This document shows, piece by piece, positions 11,993 through 20,558 of a DNA stretch of 64,000 nt (the stretch's first letter is position 1; each line of letters opens with the position of its first letter). Source of the stretch: an uncultured Gammaproteobacteria bacterium (lineage in GTDB: Bacteria > Pseudomonadota > Gammaproteobacteria > UBA9214); contig CAWHCQ010000007.1 of assembly GCA_963827755.1 (NCBI GenBank), positions 1 through 64,000 on the forward strand. Reading direction: 5' to 3'. The position numbers and the translations under genes were made by a program. Below the pieces are notes generated by a model. That model made no database searches, was not told the origin of the DNA, and saw nothing but the letters and a program-made list of their open reading frames with translations.

Positions 11993-13648
11993 ATGTACGA
12001 GTCCTTCTACCATCTTCGGGAAAAACCCTTCACGCTGCTGCCTGATCCCGGCTTCCTTTACCTGAGCGACAAGCACCGCATGGTGGCGTCGCTGCTTGAG
12101 TACAGCCTGGCGAACCAGGCGGGGTTTACCGTCATCAGCGGTGAAATCGGCGCCGGGAAAACCACGCTCATTCGGCATATGCTGAATCAAATGGAGCGGG
12201 ATCACACGGTCGGCCTGATCAGCACGACCCACCGCACCTTTGGCGAACTGTTGCAGTGGATCCTGCTGGCCTTCAATCTCGAGCATGCCAACATGGGCAA
12301 GGTCGAGATGTACCAGCGTTTTGTCGATTTCATTATTGATGAATATGCGCATAATCGCAGAGTCATATTGATCGTCGATGAAGCGCAGAACATGACGGCG
12401 GAGGTGCTGGAAGAGCTGCGCATGCTGTCGAACATCAATGCAGACAAGGACCAGGCGCTGCAGGTCATCCTGGTCGGACAACGGGAATTGCGGGAAACCC
12501 TGCAGCGCCCGGAGCTGGCACAGTTTGCGCAACGCATATCCGTCGACTTTCACCTGCAGCCGCTGTCGGAAGACGAGACAGTCGGCTACATCCGTCATCG
12601 CCTGCAGGTAGCCGGCGGTGACCCGGACATTTTTGAAGAGGACGCCTGCCGCGCAGTCTACCGTTACAGCAACGGTGTGCCACGCCTGATCAACGTGCTC
12701 TGTGACACCGCGCTGGTCTATGGTTATGCAGAGCAGTTACAGCGAATCGACACAAGGCTGGTCAGCGCCGTCGCCTATGAAAAACAGCAGGGCGGGATTT
12801 TTCCGATCTTCGAGCCTGCCGTGATAGAGACCGGGCCTGCGGATGTTGCCGCTGACAGTGCGGCTGCCAATCCGCAAGCCCCCAATGCACAGGCAGAAGA
12901 GCAGACGGACTTCAGTGAAGCCGCCTACCCTGAGCCCCCCGAAGCGCAGACAGAAGAGCGGACGGACTTCAGTGAAACCGCCTACCCTGAGCCCCCCGAA
13001 GCACAGGCAGAAGAGCAGACGGACTTCAGTGAAACTGACTATCCGGAAGTCCCGGGGGCACAGAAGAGTGGGCAGCCGGACTTCCCGAACAAGGTGCCCG
13101 AAAATGAATTCATGACTGCTGAGGAACACGACCCGCCAGAAGACGCGGCTTCAGCTGATATATCGCTTGCTACCGATACTCTTCAAGCCAACCTGCCCGG
13201 CCCGGGCAGCCACAGCCATGCAGACCTCGAAGCGGCGCTGGCGCAGCCCTTGATGGAAGATGAGGTGCACCGCAAGGAAGATACCCAACCCAAAAAAAAA
13301 GTCAGCGTAGCGCTTTGTTCGGCACACGATGGATTTCGGGTTTACTTGACAAAATTGCTGGTAAGCCACGGCATTGATGTGGTCGTCTCGGCACCGCTTT
13401 ACGAGGAAAACCTCGCTGCCATGGATCCGGATGAGTTCGATGTCCTTTTAATTGACCGGGATGAATATGCGACCACGCCATCGCCGGAACTCGGATATAT
13501 TCTTGCCGGCTGGCGCGGGCCGCTGCTTTACAACGACACGCAGGCGATGAAAACCGCCCTGCGGCAGGGGAACTACGCATTCGGTAAAGACCTGGCCGCA
13601 CAGATAACAGCCCTTGCAGATGTCTCCGCTGCAAAAACCGGCACGTGA
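11993..13648 (+). CDS. ExeA-type AAA ATPase with acidic repeat linker and C-terminal alpha/beta domain
   Basis: MYESFYHLREKPFTLLPDP, Walker A GEIGAGKTT, Walker B LIVDEAQ, LVGQREL, GVPRLINVLCD. Confidence 0.9.
   Translation: MYESFYHLREKPFTLLPDPGFLYLSDKHRMVASLLEYSLANQAGFTVISGEIGAGKTTLIRHMLNQMERDHTVGLISTTHRTFGELLQWILLAFNLEHANMGKVEMYQRFVDFIIDEYAHNRRVILIVDEAQNMTAEVLEELRMLSNINADKDQALQVILVGQRELRETLQRPELAQFAQRISVDFHLQPLSEDETVGYIRHRLQVAGGDPDIFEEDACRAVYRYSNGVPRLINVLCDTALVYGYAEQLQRIDTRLVSAVAYEKQQGGIFPIFEPAVIETGPADVAADSAAANPQAPNAQAEEQTDFSEAAYPEPPEAQTEERTDFSETAYPEPPEAQAEEQTDFSETDYPEVPGAQKSGQPDFPNKVPENEFMTAEEHDPPEDAASADISLATDTLQANLPGPGSHSHADLEAALAQPLMEDEVHRKEDTQPKKKVSVALCSAHDGFRVYLTKLLVSHGIDVVVSAPLYEENLAAMDPDEFDVLLIDRDEYATTPSPELGYILAGWRGPLLYNDTQAMKTALRQGNYAFGKDLAAQITALADVSAAKTGT
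12887..13055 (+). repeat. Intragenic tandem repeat, ~3 x 57 bp (19 aa)
   Basis: Units start at 12887, 12944 and 13001 and encode AQAEEQTDFSEAAYPEPPE variants. Confidence 0.92.
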
Positions 13649-13682
13649 GAACCAGGACCTTGCCGGCTCACCAGACAGGACC

Positions 13683-14681
13683 ATGACTAAACCCGTTATC
13701 CTGGTCGTCGGCGGTGCCGGCTATATCGGCTCGCACATGGTGCTTGACCTGCTGCGCGCCGCTTACCCGGTGGTCACGCTGGACAACCTGTCGCGCGGGC
13801 ACCGCGAACTGCTCCCCGGCGGTGATTTTATCGAGGGCGACCTGGGCAACGCGGCCGAGCTGGAAGCCGTCTTCAGGCAATACCCGGTCAAGGCCGTGAT
13901 GCACTTTGCCGCACACTCGCAGGTCGGCGAGTCTGTTGAGCAACCGCTGGCGTATTACCGCAACAATGTTGCCAACACGATTACCCTGCTGGAGGCCATG
14001 CAGTCTGCCGGGGTCAGACATTTTATTTTCTCCTCGACCGCGGCCGTCTACGGCGAGCCGGTGAAGGTGCCCATCACCGAGGACCACCCCTGCGCGCCCA
14101 CCAACCCCTACGGGGCAACCAAACTGGCGGTCGAGCGGCTGTTGCAGGATGTCAGCCAGGCCTCCGGGATGAGCTACAGCATTTTGCGCTACTTCAATGC
14201 CGCCGGCGCCGACCGTTCGGGCGATATCGGCGAACGGCACCAGCCGGAGACCCACCTGATCCCGCTGGTCCTGCAGGTGGCGACCGGGGAGCGTGAAGCG
14301 ATCCGTATTTTCGGGGAAGACTACCCGACACCCGACGGCACCTGCCTGCGCGACTATGTCCATGTCTCCGATCTCACCCAGGCGCACCTGCTGGCGCTGG
14401 AGGCCTTGCTGAATGGCGGCGGCAACTCGACCTATAACCTCGGAAACAACAGCGGCTACTCGGTCAAGCAGATTATCGAGACGGCACGCCAAATCACGGG
14501 GCACCCGATCCCGGCAGTCACCGTCGAGCGCCGCGAGGGCGACCCGGCCGTGTTGATTGCCGACTCCACCCGGATACGCGCAGCGCTGGGCTGGAAACCC
14601 CGGTACGAGCGTATCGAGGAGATCATCAGGACGGCGTGGGTATGGGAGCAGAAAGAGGCTTTGAGAACTGGTGAGAAGTGA
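13683..14681 (+). CDS. galE: UDP-glucose 4-epimerase
   Basis: GGAGYIGSH, HFAAHSQVGESV, FSSTAAVYG, YGATK, LRYFNAAGA, DGTCLRDYVHV. Confidence 0.96.
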   Translation: MTKPVILVVGGAGYIGSHMVLDLLRAAYPVVTLDNLSRGHRELLPGGDFIEGDLGNAAELEAVFRQYPVKAVMHFAAHSQVGESVEQPLAYYRNNVANTITLLEAMQSAGVRHFIFSSTAAVYGEPVKVPITEDHPCAPTNPYGATKLAVERLLQDVSQASGMSYSILRYFNAAGADRSGDIGERHQPETHLIPLVLQVATGEREAIRIFGEDYPTPDGTCLRDYVHVSDLTQAHLLALEALLNGGGNSTYNLGNNSGYSVKQIIETARQITGHPIPAVTVERREGDPAVLIADSTRIRAALGWKPRYERIEEIIRTAWVWEQKEALRTGEK

Positions 14682-14825
14682 GAAGTGAGAAGTGAAAGTG
14701 AAAGTGAGAAGTGAGAAGTGGAAAAGGCAAGACCTTGATGGCCACGGAATCCACGGAAGAACACGAAAAGATTAATACCTTAAGGTATTAATTTTTCCGT
14801 GTTCTTCCGTGGATTCCGTGGCTAT
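14671..14825. repeat. Composite intergenic element 4: heptamer repeats + near-perfect hairpin
   Basis: GTGAGAA/GTGAAA repeats 14671-14720; arms 14738-14770 and 14791-14825 enclose the perfect 22-bp palindrome ATTAATACCTTAAGGTATTAAT. Confidence 0.92.
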
Positions 14826-14868
14826 TAATATTTTATCTTTTACACAACTAATAAATTTCGGAAACTGC

Positions 14869-15273
14869 ATGCAAACACCCACCCTGCGTTACCTCTCCCT
14901 GCTGCTGGCGTTAGGCTGGGCAGCCGTCATCTACCACCTTTCCAGTCAGCCGGGGACGGATGTGCCGCCGTTGTTCTTCGGGCAGGACAAACTGTTTCAT
15001 GTCATTGCATTTGGAATACTCGGTTTTCTTGGCATGGGGTCTGCCAGGGCCGGTACGCAAGGATACAAATCCAGGCAGGTGTGGCTCGCTATCACCGTGG
15101 TGACACTCTACGGTGTGCTGGATGAATTCCACCAGCATTTTGTCCCCGGGCGGGTGGCGGATGTTTATGATGTCATTGCAGATATGGTTGGCGGCATGCT
15201 CGGCGCCTGGGTGATGTTCTTGCTGGTGTCAAAAGTCGTGAGAAGTGAAAGTGAAGTGAAAAGTGAAAAGTGA
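14869..15273 (+). CDS. VanZ-family membrane protein
   Basis: DKLFHVIAFGILG, YGVLDEFHQHFVPGRVADVYDVIAD. Confidence 0.9.
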   Translation: MQTPTLRYLSLLLALGWAAVIYHLSSQPGTDVPPLFFGQDKLFHVIAFGILGFLGMGSARAGTQGYKSRQVWLAITVVTLYGVLDEFHQHFVPGRVADVYDVIADMVGGMLGAWVMFLLVSKVVRSESEVKSEK

Positions 15274-15466
15274 AAAGTGAAAAGTGAAAGGTAAAACCTT
15301 TATGGCCACGGAATCCACGGAAGAACACGGAAAAATTAAAAACAGGACATTACCGGAACGATATAAATAATCAACGCAACGTGCCTGGCAATGATCACTA
15401 CGCCTTAAAGCTATTTGATATTTCAGGTTTTATATTTTCGTGTTCTTCCGTGGATTCCGTGGCCAT
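15238..15466. repeat. Composite intergenic element 5
   Basis: GTGAAAA heptamer run 15238-15290; left arm ATGGCCACGGAATCCACGGAAGAACACGGAAAAAT at 15302; right arm TTTTCGTGTTCTTCCGTGGATTCCGTGGCCAT ending ~15466. Confidence 0.9.
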
Positions 15467-15485
15467 TAAAAAGCCTTGTCGCCCC

Positions 15486-16298
15486 CTACAAATATCGCGA
15501 CCAGTCGTGACGGTCATCGCCAAACACCAGGAAGAACGGGTTCAGCAGGGAATCTTTCGTGTTGTAGCGCAGCGGCTGCATATCCGTATCCGTCACGTAA
15601 CCACCGGCCTGTTCGACCACGCATTGCGCGGCGGCGGTGTCCCACTCGGACGTCGGCCCGAGCCTTGGATAGATATCCGCAACGCCTTCCGCCACCAGGC
15701 AGAGTTTCAGTGAACTGCCCATTCCTGTCATTTCGTGCGCCCCAAGCTGGTCGAGGAAGCGGTTCAATGACTCGCCCCGGTGCGAGCGACTGCCGACAAC
15801 CATGACGGGGCCCGCGCCAAGCGTGCGCACGTGTATGGCAACCGGTGTTTTACCAGCCTCCTGTTTCATGGCGCCTCGACCGCGACAGGCAAGATAACTG
15901 ACGCCGCTGACCGGCACATGCACCACGCCAAGCACCGGAACACCCTGCTCGATCAGCGCGATATTGACCGTAAATTCGCCATTGCGTTTGACAAATTCCC
16001 GCGTCCCGTCCAGCGGGTCAACCAGCCAGTAGCGTGTCCACGCCGAGCGTTTCGTATATGGCAGGCTGGCGGACTCCTCCGAGAGTACGGGTATGTCCGG
16101 CGTCAGCCTGGCCAGCCCGTCGACGATGGCATGGTGGGCCGCCATGTCGGCTGCCGTGAGCGGGGAGTTATCGGCCTTCTGCTCGACAGCAAACTCGCTG
16201 TTGTATATCTCGAGGATCTTCTCGCCGGCGTGCCGCGCCAGTTCAGCCACCGGTTCGAGGAGACTGCCAATATCCAGACCTTCGTTCTTGTTATCCAT
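15486..16298 (-). CDS. cysQ: 3'(2'),5'-bisphosphate nucleotidase
   Basis: KADNSPLTAAD, WLVDPLDGTREF, GSSLKLCLVAEG, YPRLGPTSEWDTAAAQ. Confidence 0.95.
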   Translation of the reverse strand: MDNKNEGLDIGSLLEPVAELARHAGEKILEIYNSEFAVEQKADNSPLTAADMAAHHAIVDGLARLTPDIPVLSEESASLPYTKRSAWTRYWLVDPLDGTREFVKRNGEFTVNIALIEQGVPVLGVVHVPVSGVSYLACRGRGAMKQEAGKTPVAIHVRTLGAGPVMVVGSRSHRGESLNRFLDQLGAHEMTGMGSSLKLCLVAEGVADIYPRLGPTSEWDTAAAQCVVEQAGGYVTDTDMQPLRYNTKDSLLNPFFLVFGDDRHDWSRYL

Positions 16299-16475
16299 CA
16301 GCTTCCCTTTACTGAAATAAAAGATACCGGCCATCTGCCGGTAATATGCATGTGAAGTATACCCCCAGGCATGAATCCATCAATATTCCATGGATTTATG
16401 TTCCGCCACTGCAGAGCTGCATCCCGTATATGATCTGCTACCATAGCAACCTCAAAAGCACCGATACGGCAGACC

Positions 16476-17132
16476 ATGGTTCCCTGGCACGAAATCAACA
16501 GTGTATTCCTCGACATGGACGGCACCCTGCTCGACCTGCACTTTGATAATCATTTCTGGCGCGAGCATGTGCCGGTACGCTATGCCGAGCAGAATAATAT
16601 TTCCCTCGAGGAAGCAAAGTCGTACCTGTACGACCGCTTTAAACTGAAGGAAGGCACCATGGACTGGTACTGCGTGGAATACTGGAGCGGGGAGCTCGAT
16701 CTTGACATTACCGCACTCAAACATGAAATCGATCACCTCATTGCGGTGCATAACCATGTCACCGAGTTTCTGCAGCGCACCCGCGATGCCGGCAAGCGCG
16801 TGGTGCTGGTAACCAACGCCCACGCCAGGAGTCTCGACCTGAAAATGCGTGTGACCGGTCTCGCCAATGCCTTCGATGCGCTGATTTGCGCCCACGATAT
16901 CGGTTACCCGAAAGAAGACCAGCGGTTCTGGTCATTGCTCGGGGAATACGAGCCCTTTGAACCTGAAAATACGCTGTTCATCGATGACAGCGTGGCGGTA
17001 CTCCGCGCCGCGCGTGAATTCGGCATCGGTCACATCCTCGGAGTACGCAAGCCCGACAGCAAGTCGCCGTCGCGCGATATCGACGAATTCAAGTGTATTG
17101 ACGGGTTTGATGCGATCATGCCGGGGGGGTGA
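16476..17132 (+). CDS. yrfG: HAD-family GMP/IMP nucleotidase
   Basis: FLDMDGTLLDLHFDNHFW, LVTNAH, GYPKEDQRFW, FIDDS. Confidence 0.9.
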   Translation: MVPWHEINSVFLDMDGTLLDLHFDNHFWREHVPVRYAEQNNISLEEAKSYLYDRFKLKEGTMDWYCVEYWSGELDLDITALKHEIDHLIAVHNHVTEFLQRTRDAGKRVVLVTNAHARSLDLKMRVTGLANAFDALICAHDIGYPKEDQRFWSLLGEYEPFEPENTLFIDDSVAVLRAAREFGIGHILGVRKPDSKSPSRDIDEFKCIDGFDAIMPGG

Positions 17133-17179
17133 TTTTTTGCCAGTGGCAGGGGCTGGGAGCGCTGCGCAAGGGCGATTAT

Positions 17180-17222
17180 GTAGGATGCATACAGGGCGAT
17201 CGCGGATTAGATCCGCTCCTAC
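17180..17222. repeat. GTAG-type REP (degenerate pair)
   Basis: ATCGCGGATTAGATCCGCTCCTAC is the reverse-complement match of GTAGGAGCGGATCTCATCCGCGAT at 61985. Confidence 0.65.
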
Positions 17223-17235
17223 AAGGGGGCTATGT

Positions 17236-17679
17236 TCAATCGGCCGGTTTTTCTATCCGCTCGTCGCGGGTTGCCGCGAAGCGGTCCCAGGTCTTGAAGC
17301 GTTTACGGACATATTTGTGCAGCGCATCATAGCCGTCGAAGAACAGCTCGAAACCCTCGGATGAGTCTTCATCAAATTCGCAATAGTCGTTGGTGTACTC
17401 GCGGCAGATCTTCGGACGGTCGTCGTAGATGCCGCAGCGGCCATCTTGCAGGAGATGGTTGCAGGGATTGTTGATCAGCAGGTACCAGCCGTCCTCGTCC
17501 TTGTAGGCCTGCACATCCCGGTGCGACAACTGCCAGAGCATATGATCGAAGTCTTCCATCGCACGCGGCGTGACGAGTTCTTCGGTAATGTAGGTGCAGC
17601 ACTTGGAATTCGTGCAGAAGCCGCACTTGTTCTCGGAAGTGATCTTTACGCCGACAGGGATATTTTTAACGATGCTCAT
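17236..17679 (-). CDS. YkgJ-family cysteine-cluster protein
   Basis: CGFCTNSKCC ... CNHL...GRCGIYDDRPKICREY...C. Confidence 0.88.
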   Translation of the reverse strand: MSIVKNIPVGVKITSENKCGFCTNSKCCTYITEELVTPRAMEDFDHMLWQLSHRDVQAYKDEDGWYLLINNPCNHLLQDGRCGIYDDRPKICREYTNDYCEFDEDSSEGFELFFDGYDALHKYVRKRFKTWDRFAATRDERIEKPAD

Positions 17680-17760
17680 GATATTTTACTTCTGGTATTC
17701 AATAATTTCGCAGCCTAACACGACAAATGCACGGCTTGCTATCGGCATTCGACCTCCGCG

Positions 17761-19299
17761 CTATTCGGTAGAAAACTCGAAGCGGTCGAAAACAGGGCCA
17801 TTGAAAACCAGGCGTCCGGCGCGGATATTGAGCTGCTTGTCGGCAACATCGATCGAAAGCCGGCGGCCCTCTTCATAAACACCCTTGGCGGCGATCAGGG
17901 TTGCCGCACCCTGCTCGTCATCCTCCGAGGTCACGAACAGGGCTGCAGATCCCCTGGCTGCCGGCTCACCGGGAAAATAACAATTCACCGCGCCCACCCC
18001 ACCCTTGACCAGCATGACCCCGGCATCCAGGGCGCCCTGCCGGAACACGTGCACGGACCTTAAAATGGCCAGAGTCAAATATTCCTGCCCGGGCTGACCC
18101 TCGACGATGGCAATCAGGTCACCGACGCGAGCATCACTGTCATCGCTGTTCACCCAGGACAGGCGCATGCCATTTTCACTGCTATCGAGAATCTGGCACT
18201 GGCAAGGCTTGATCAGTTTTGGTTTGCCGCCCCGGGCCGCCTCGGCGAGTACGGCCTTCATCGAGGGCCGCACCAGGAAATCGTGAATACCGCGTATTCC
18301 GCGCAGCATCTGTACCCAGCGGGTAGCGGCCTTTCGATCCTCTCCACGCTGCTTCATTTTCTGATCCTCGGGCGCCAGCTGGCGCAACAACGTCGCCTCG
18401 GGGCTTAACATGCGGACCTTCTCCGGAATCCGCTGCAGTTGTATGCGCACTGATTCCAGTAATTCACTCACATCGAGAATATAGGGTTCTTTTACAACGG
18501 CTGATGACGTGATGTCGTCGCAGCTCACCGGCATCTTGTCGCTGCCCAGGTCCACCTGGTAGCGCCCGTCACCCTCACCCGGCTGGCATTTACCGGGGAT
18601 CACCCGGCAACGATCCGCGTGCTGTGACAACACCTCAAACAACAGGCCGATTTCGCCTTCAGCCAGCCTGAAGGGATCCACCAGCGCAGCAAGCATGCCG
18701 GTATGATACACGGCGGCAATTGTCGCAGGATGGACCTCGCCGTCATCCTCGAACCTGACATTCAACAGGCCGTGGTAACGCGAAAGCCGGTAGAGCTGGT
18801 GCAGCTCCGAGTAGTAGCAAGGCTGGGTGGCGCGATAAAAGCGGAAACAATCCAGCAGTGTATAGACCAGGGTTTGAATGGTGCGATTGACGGCCAGGCC
18901 AAAGAGCTTGTCGACTTGCCCGGGGGCCTGGCCTTTATGCAGGGTCATAATGATTAATTTATAACCACCGGCGAGACTCAGCAGCAAGCGTTCAACGCCT
19001 TCGATTACCTGCTCGCGCTGTGCTTTAGAGAGAGACAACTGGCGCAGATGCAGGGGATCAACCGTGACAAACAAGCGCTGCACCGTGACTTGAAATGCCT
19101 CCAGTGAATCGAAGCGCGACTGCGTATCCATCTTTTGCTCGTTCAGGGCATCCAGCGCATTGAGCACCAGGCGGACGGTCTCGACGACGTCCATCAGTGG
19201 CAGACCGGTGAGCCAGTCACGCAGGTGCCTGACGTTCCGCTCGACTGTCGGATCGGTAAAATCGTGCTGTTCGGGAATAGCGAGTATCAGGGGTTCCAT
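17761..19299 (-). CDS. Helical protein with C-terminal PilZ-like motifs (putative c-di-GMP receptor)
   Basis: 512-aa ORF; QRGEDR (RxxxR) and DSSENG (DxSxxG) followed by ARVGDLIAI; N-terminal WLTGLPLMD motif. Confidence 0.6.
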   Translation of the reverse strand: MEPLILAIPEQHDFTDPTVERNVRHLRDWLTGLPLMDVVETVRLVLNALDALNEQKMDTQSRFDSLEAFQVTVQRLFVTVDPLHLRQLSLSKAQREQVIEGVERLLLSLAGGYKLIIMTLHKGQAPGQVDKLFGLAVNRTIQTLVYTLLDCFRFYRATQPCYYSELHQLYRLSRYHGLLNVRFEDDGEVHPATIAAVYHTGMLAALVDPFRLAEGEIGLLFEVLSQHADRCRVIPGKCQPGEGDGRYQVDLGSDKMPVSCDDITSSAVVKEPYILDVSELLESVRIQLQRIPEKVRMLSPEATLLRQLAPEDQKMKQRGEDRKAATRWVQMLRGIRGIHDFLVRPSMKAVLAEAARGGKPKLIKPCQCQILDSSENGMRLSWVNSDDSDARVGDLIAIVEGQPGQEYLTLAILRSVHVFRQGALDAGVMLVKGGVGAVNCYFPGEPAARGSAALFVTSEDDEQGAATLIAAKGVYEEGRRLSIDVADKQLNIRAGRLVFNGPVFDRFEFSTE

Positions 19300-19323
19300 G
19301 CTAGCGTGACCCTTTCCAGGCTG

Positions 19324-20070
19324 TTACCACTGGCCTGTGCTGCGCAACAGGTACTTGCCGCCAGCCTGAACAGTTGTGGTATTTTCCAGCAACAACACCG
19401 TGTCCTCGCTGACAGCGGCATTCGGCGTGAGTAACAGATCAATCCTGTATTTACCCCCGGGTGCCATTGCGACTTCCCCGGCAATCCGGAAGTCACCCGC
19501 ATTTTCGACAAGTCCGACAAGCTCGCTCCCGACACGCTGCAGATCCATTACCGTGTCGCCGAACACCATCTCGACCGGCGAGAGGATGGCCGCGCTCTTC
19601 CAGACCGCCTTGCCGTCAAGCTCGGGAGGAAAAGCATCATTCATTTTAACTGTTTCGACCAGCAGGTTTATTTCTCCACTGGCCCTCACGGCCACCGGTG
19701 AATACTGATTGATGAGAGCGTCTGCCTGCAGGTGAAGGTCAATATCACGGCCATAGGCATTGCCGGCAAATGTTATGCCGACATCGGCCCGGCCGGGCCC
19801 GTCGGGTGACGAAAACTCAAGCTGATAGCCAACCCGCCCGGTGAGCAGGGCCAGCGGCAGAAAGCGCCAGTGCACCGCACCCAGGGCCGTGTCCTGGTAA
19901 CTGACACGACCCGCCTGGCCGTTAAAAACAGACCCGGACACCGCGGACAGCGACAGACCCGGAACCTGTTTCTCGATAAAACCCTCGACATGAACGGCAG
20001 GCAAGGTAAAAACAACGATCAGGAAATAGGCAGCAACACCGACGGCAATGTAGAAACCGGCAGGCTTCAC
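19324..20070 (-). CDS. gspN: Type II secretion protein N
   Basis: N-terminal TM + LPA, VSGSVFNGQA, W.FLPLALLTG; follows gspM. Confidence 0.85.
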   Translation of the reverse strand: MKPAGFYIAVGVAAYFLIVVFTLPAVHVEGFIEKQVPGLSLSAVSGSVFNGQAGRVSYQDTALGAVHWRFLPLALLTGRVGYQLEFSSPDGPGRADVGITFAGNAYGRDIDLHLQADALINQYSPVAVRASGEINLLVETVKMNDAFPPELDGKAVWKSAAILSPVEMVFGDTVMDLQRVGSELVGLVENAGDFRIAGEVAMAPGGKYRIDLLLTPNAAVSEDTVLLLENTTTVQAGGKYLLRSTGQW

Positions 20071-20558
20071 GGTTGCATGGCCTGCAATGTCAGGCGGACG
20101 TTCACCTGGCCTGCCGCATCACCCCTTTCCATGCTGACACTTTCCGGGTTGATGCCGTGATTGTTACCCAGCAGGGCCAGCCAGCTGACGAATTGATCAA
20201 ACGATGCGCCCTCGAGCCAGACGCGCACACCGTCGCTGCCCTCCGGCTCAATGCGTTTCAGGGATTCAGCCAGGCCCCCGGCACGCGCCGTGCTGTCTGT
20301 GACTGCCAGCAACGAGCGATTGCCCAGGCCCCGGCCGGTCGCCGGGTTTGCACCTTTCAACTGCGCCACCCTGGCTGCGCTCTCCTGCATCCAGCTTGCC
20401 GTGGCACGCTGCTCGGCGATCGTGCGCTTGATCCGGTCGTAGCCGGAATGCGCCGGCTGCCACAGCAGCGCGTAAAACAGCAGCACGGCCAGGACGATCA
20501 CGGCTGACAGCACCAGCATGCGTTCACGCGGCTCCAGCCCTGCAAACCACTGTTTCAT
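20067..20558 (-). CDS. gspM: Type II secretion protein M
   Basis: MKQWFAGLEPRER + TM, VRVWLEGASFDQFVSWL. Confidence 0.92.
   Translation of the reverse strand: MKQWFAGLEPRERMLVLSAVIVLAVLLFYALLWQPAHSGYDRIKRTIAEQRATASWMQESAARVAQLKGANPATGRGLGNRSLLAVTDSTARAGGLAESLKRIEPEGSDGVRVWLEGASFDQFVSWLALLGNNHGINPESVSMERGDAAGQVNVRLTLQAMQP

Noticed and set aside
7134-15466. CCACGGAA repeats as a CRISPR array
   Set aside because: The copies are inverted pairs separated by whole genes, not direct repeats with uniform spacers, and no cas genes are present.
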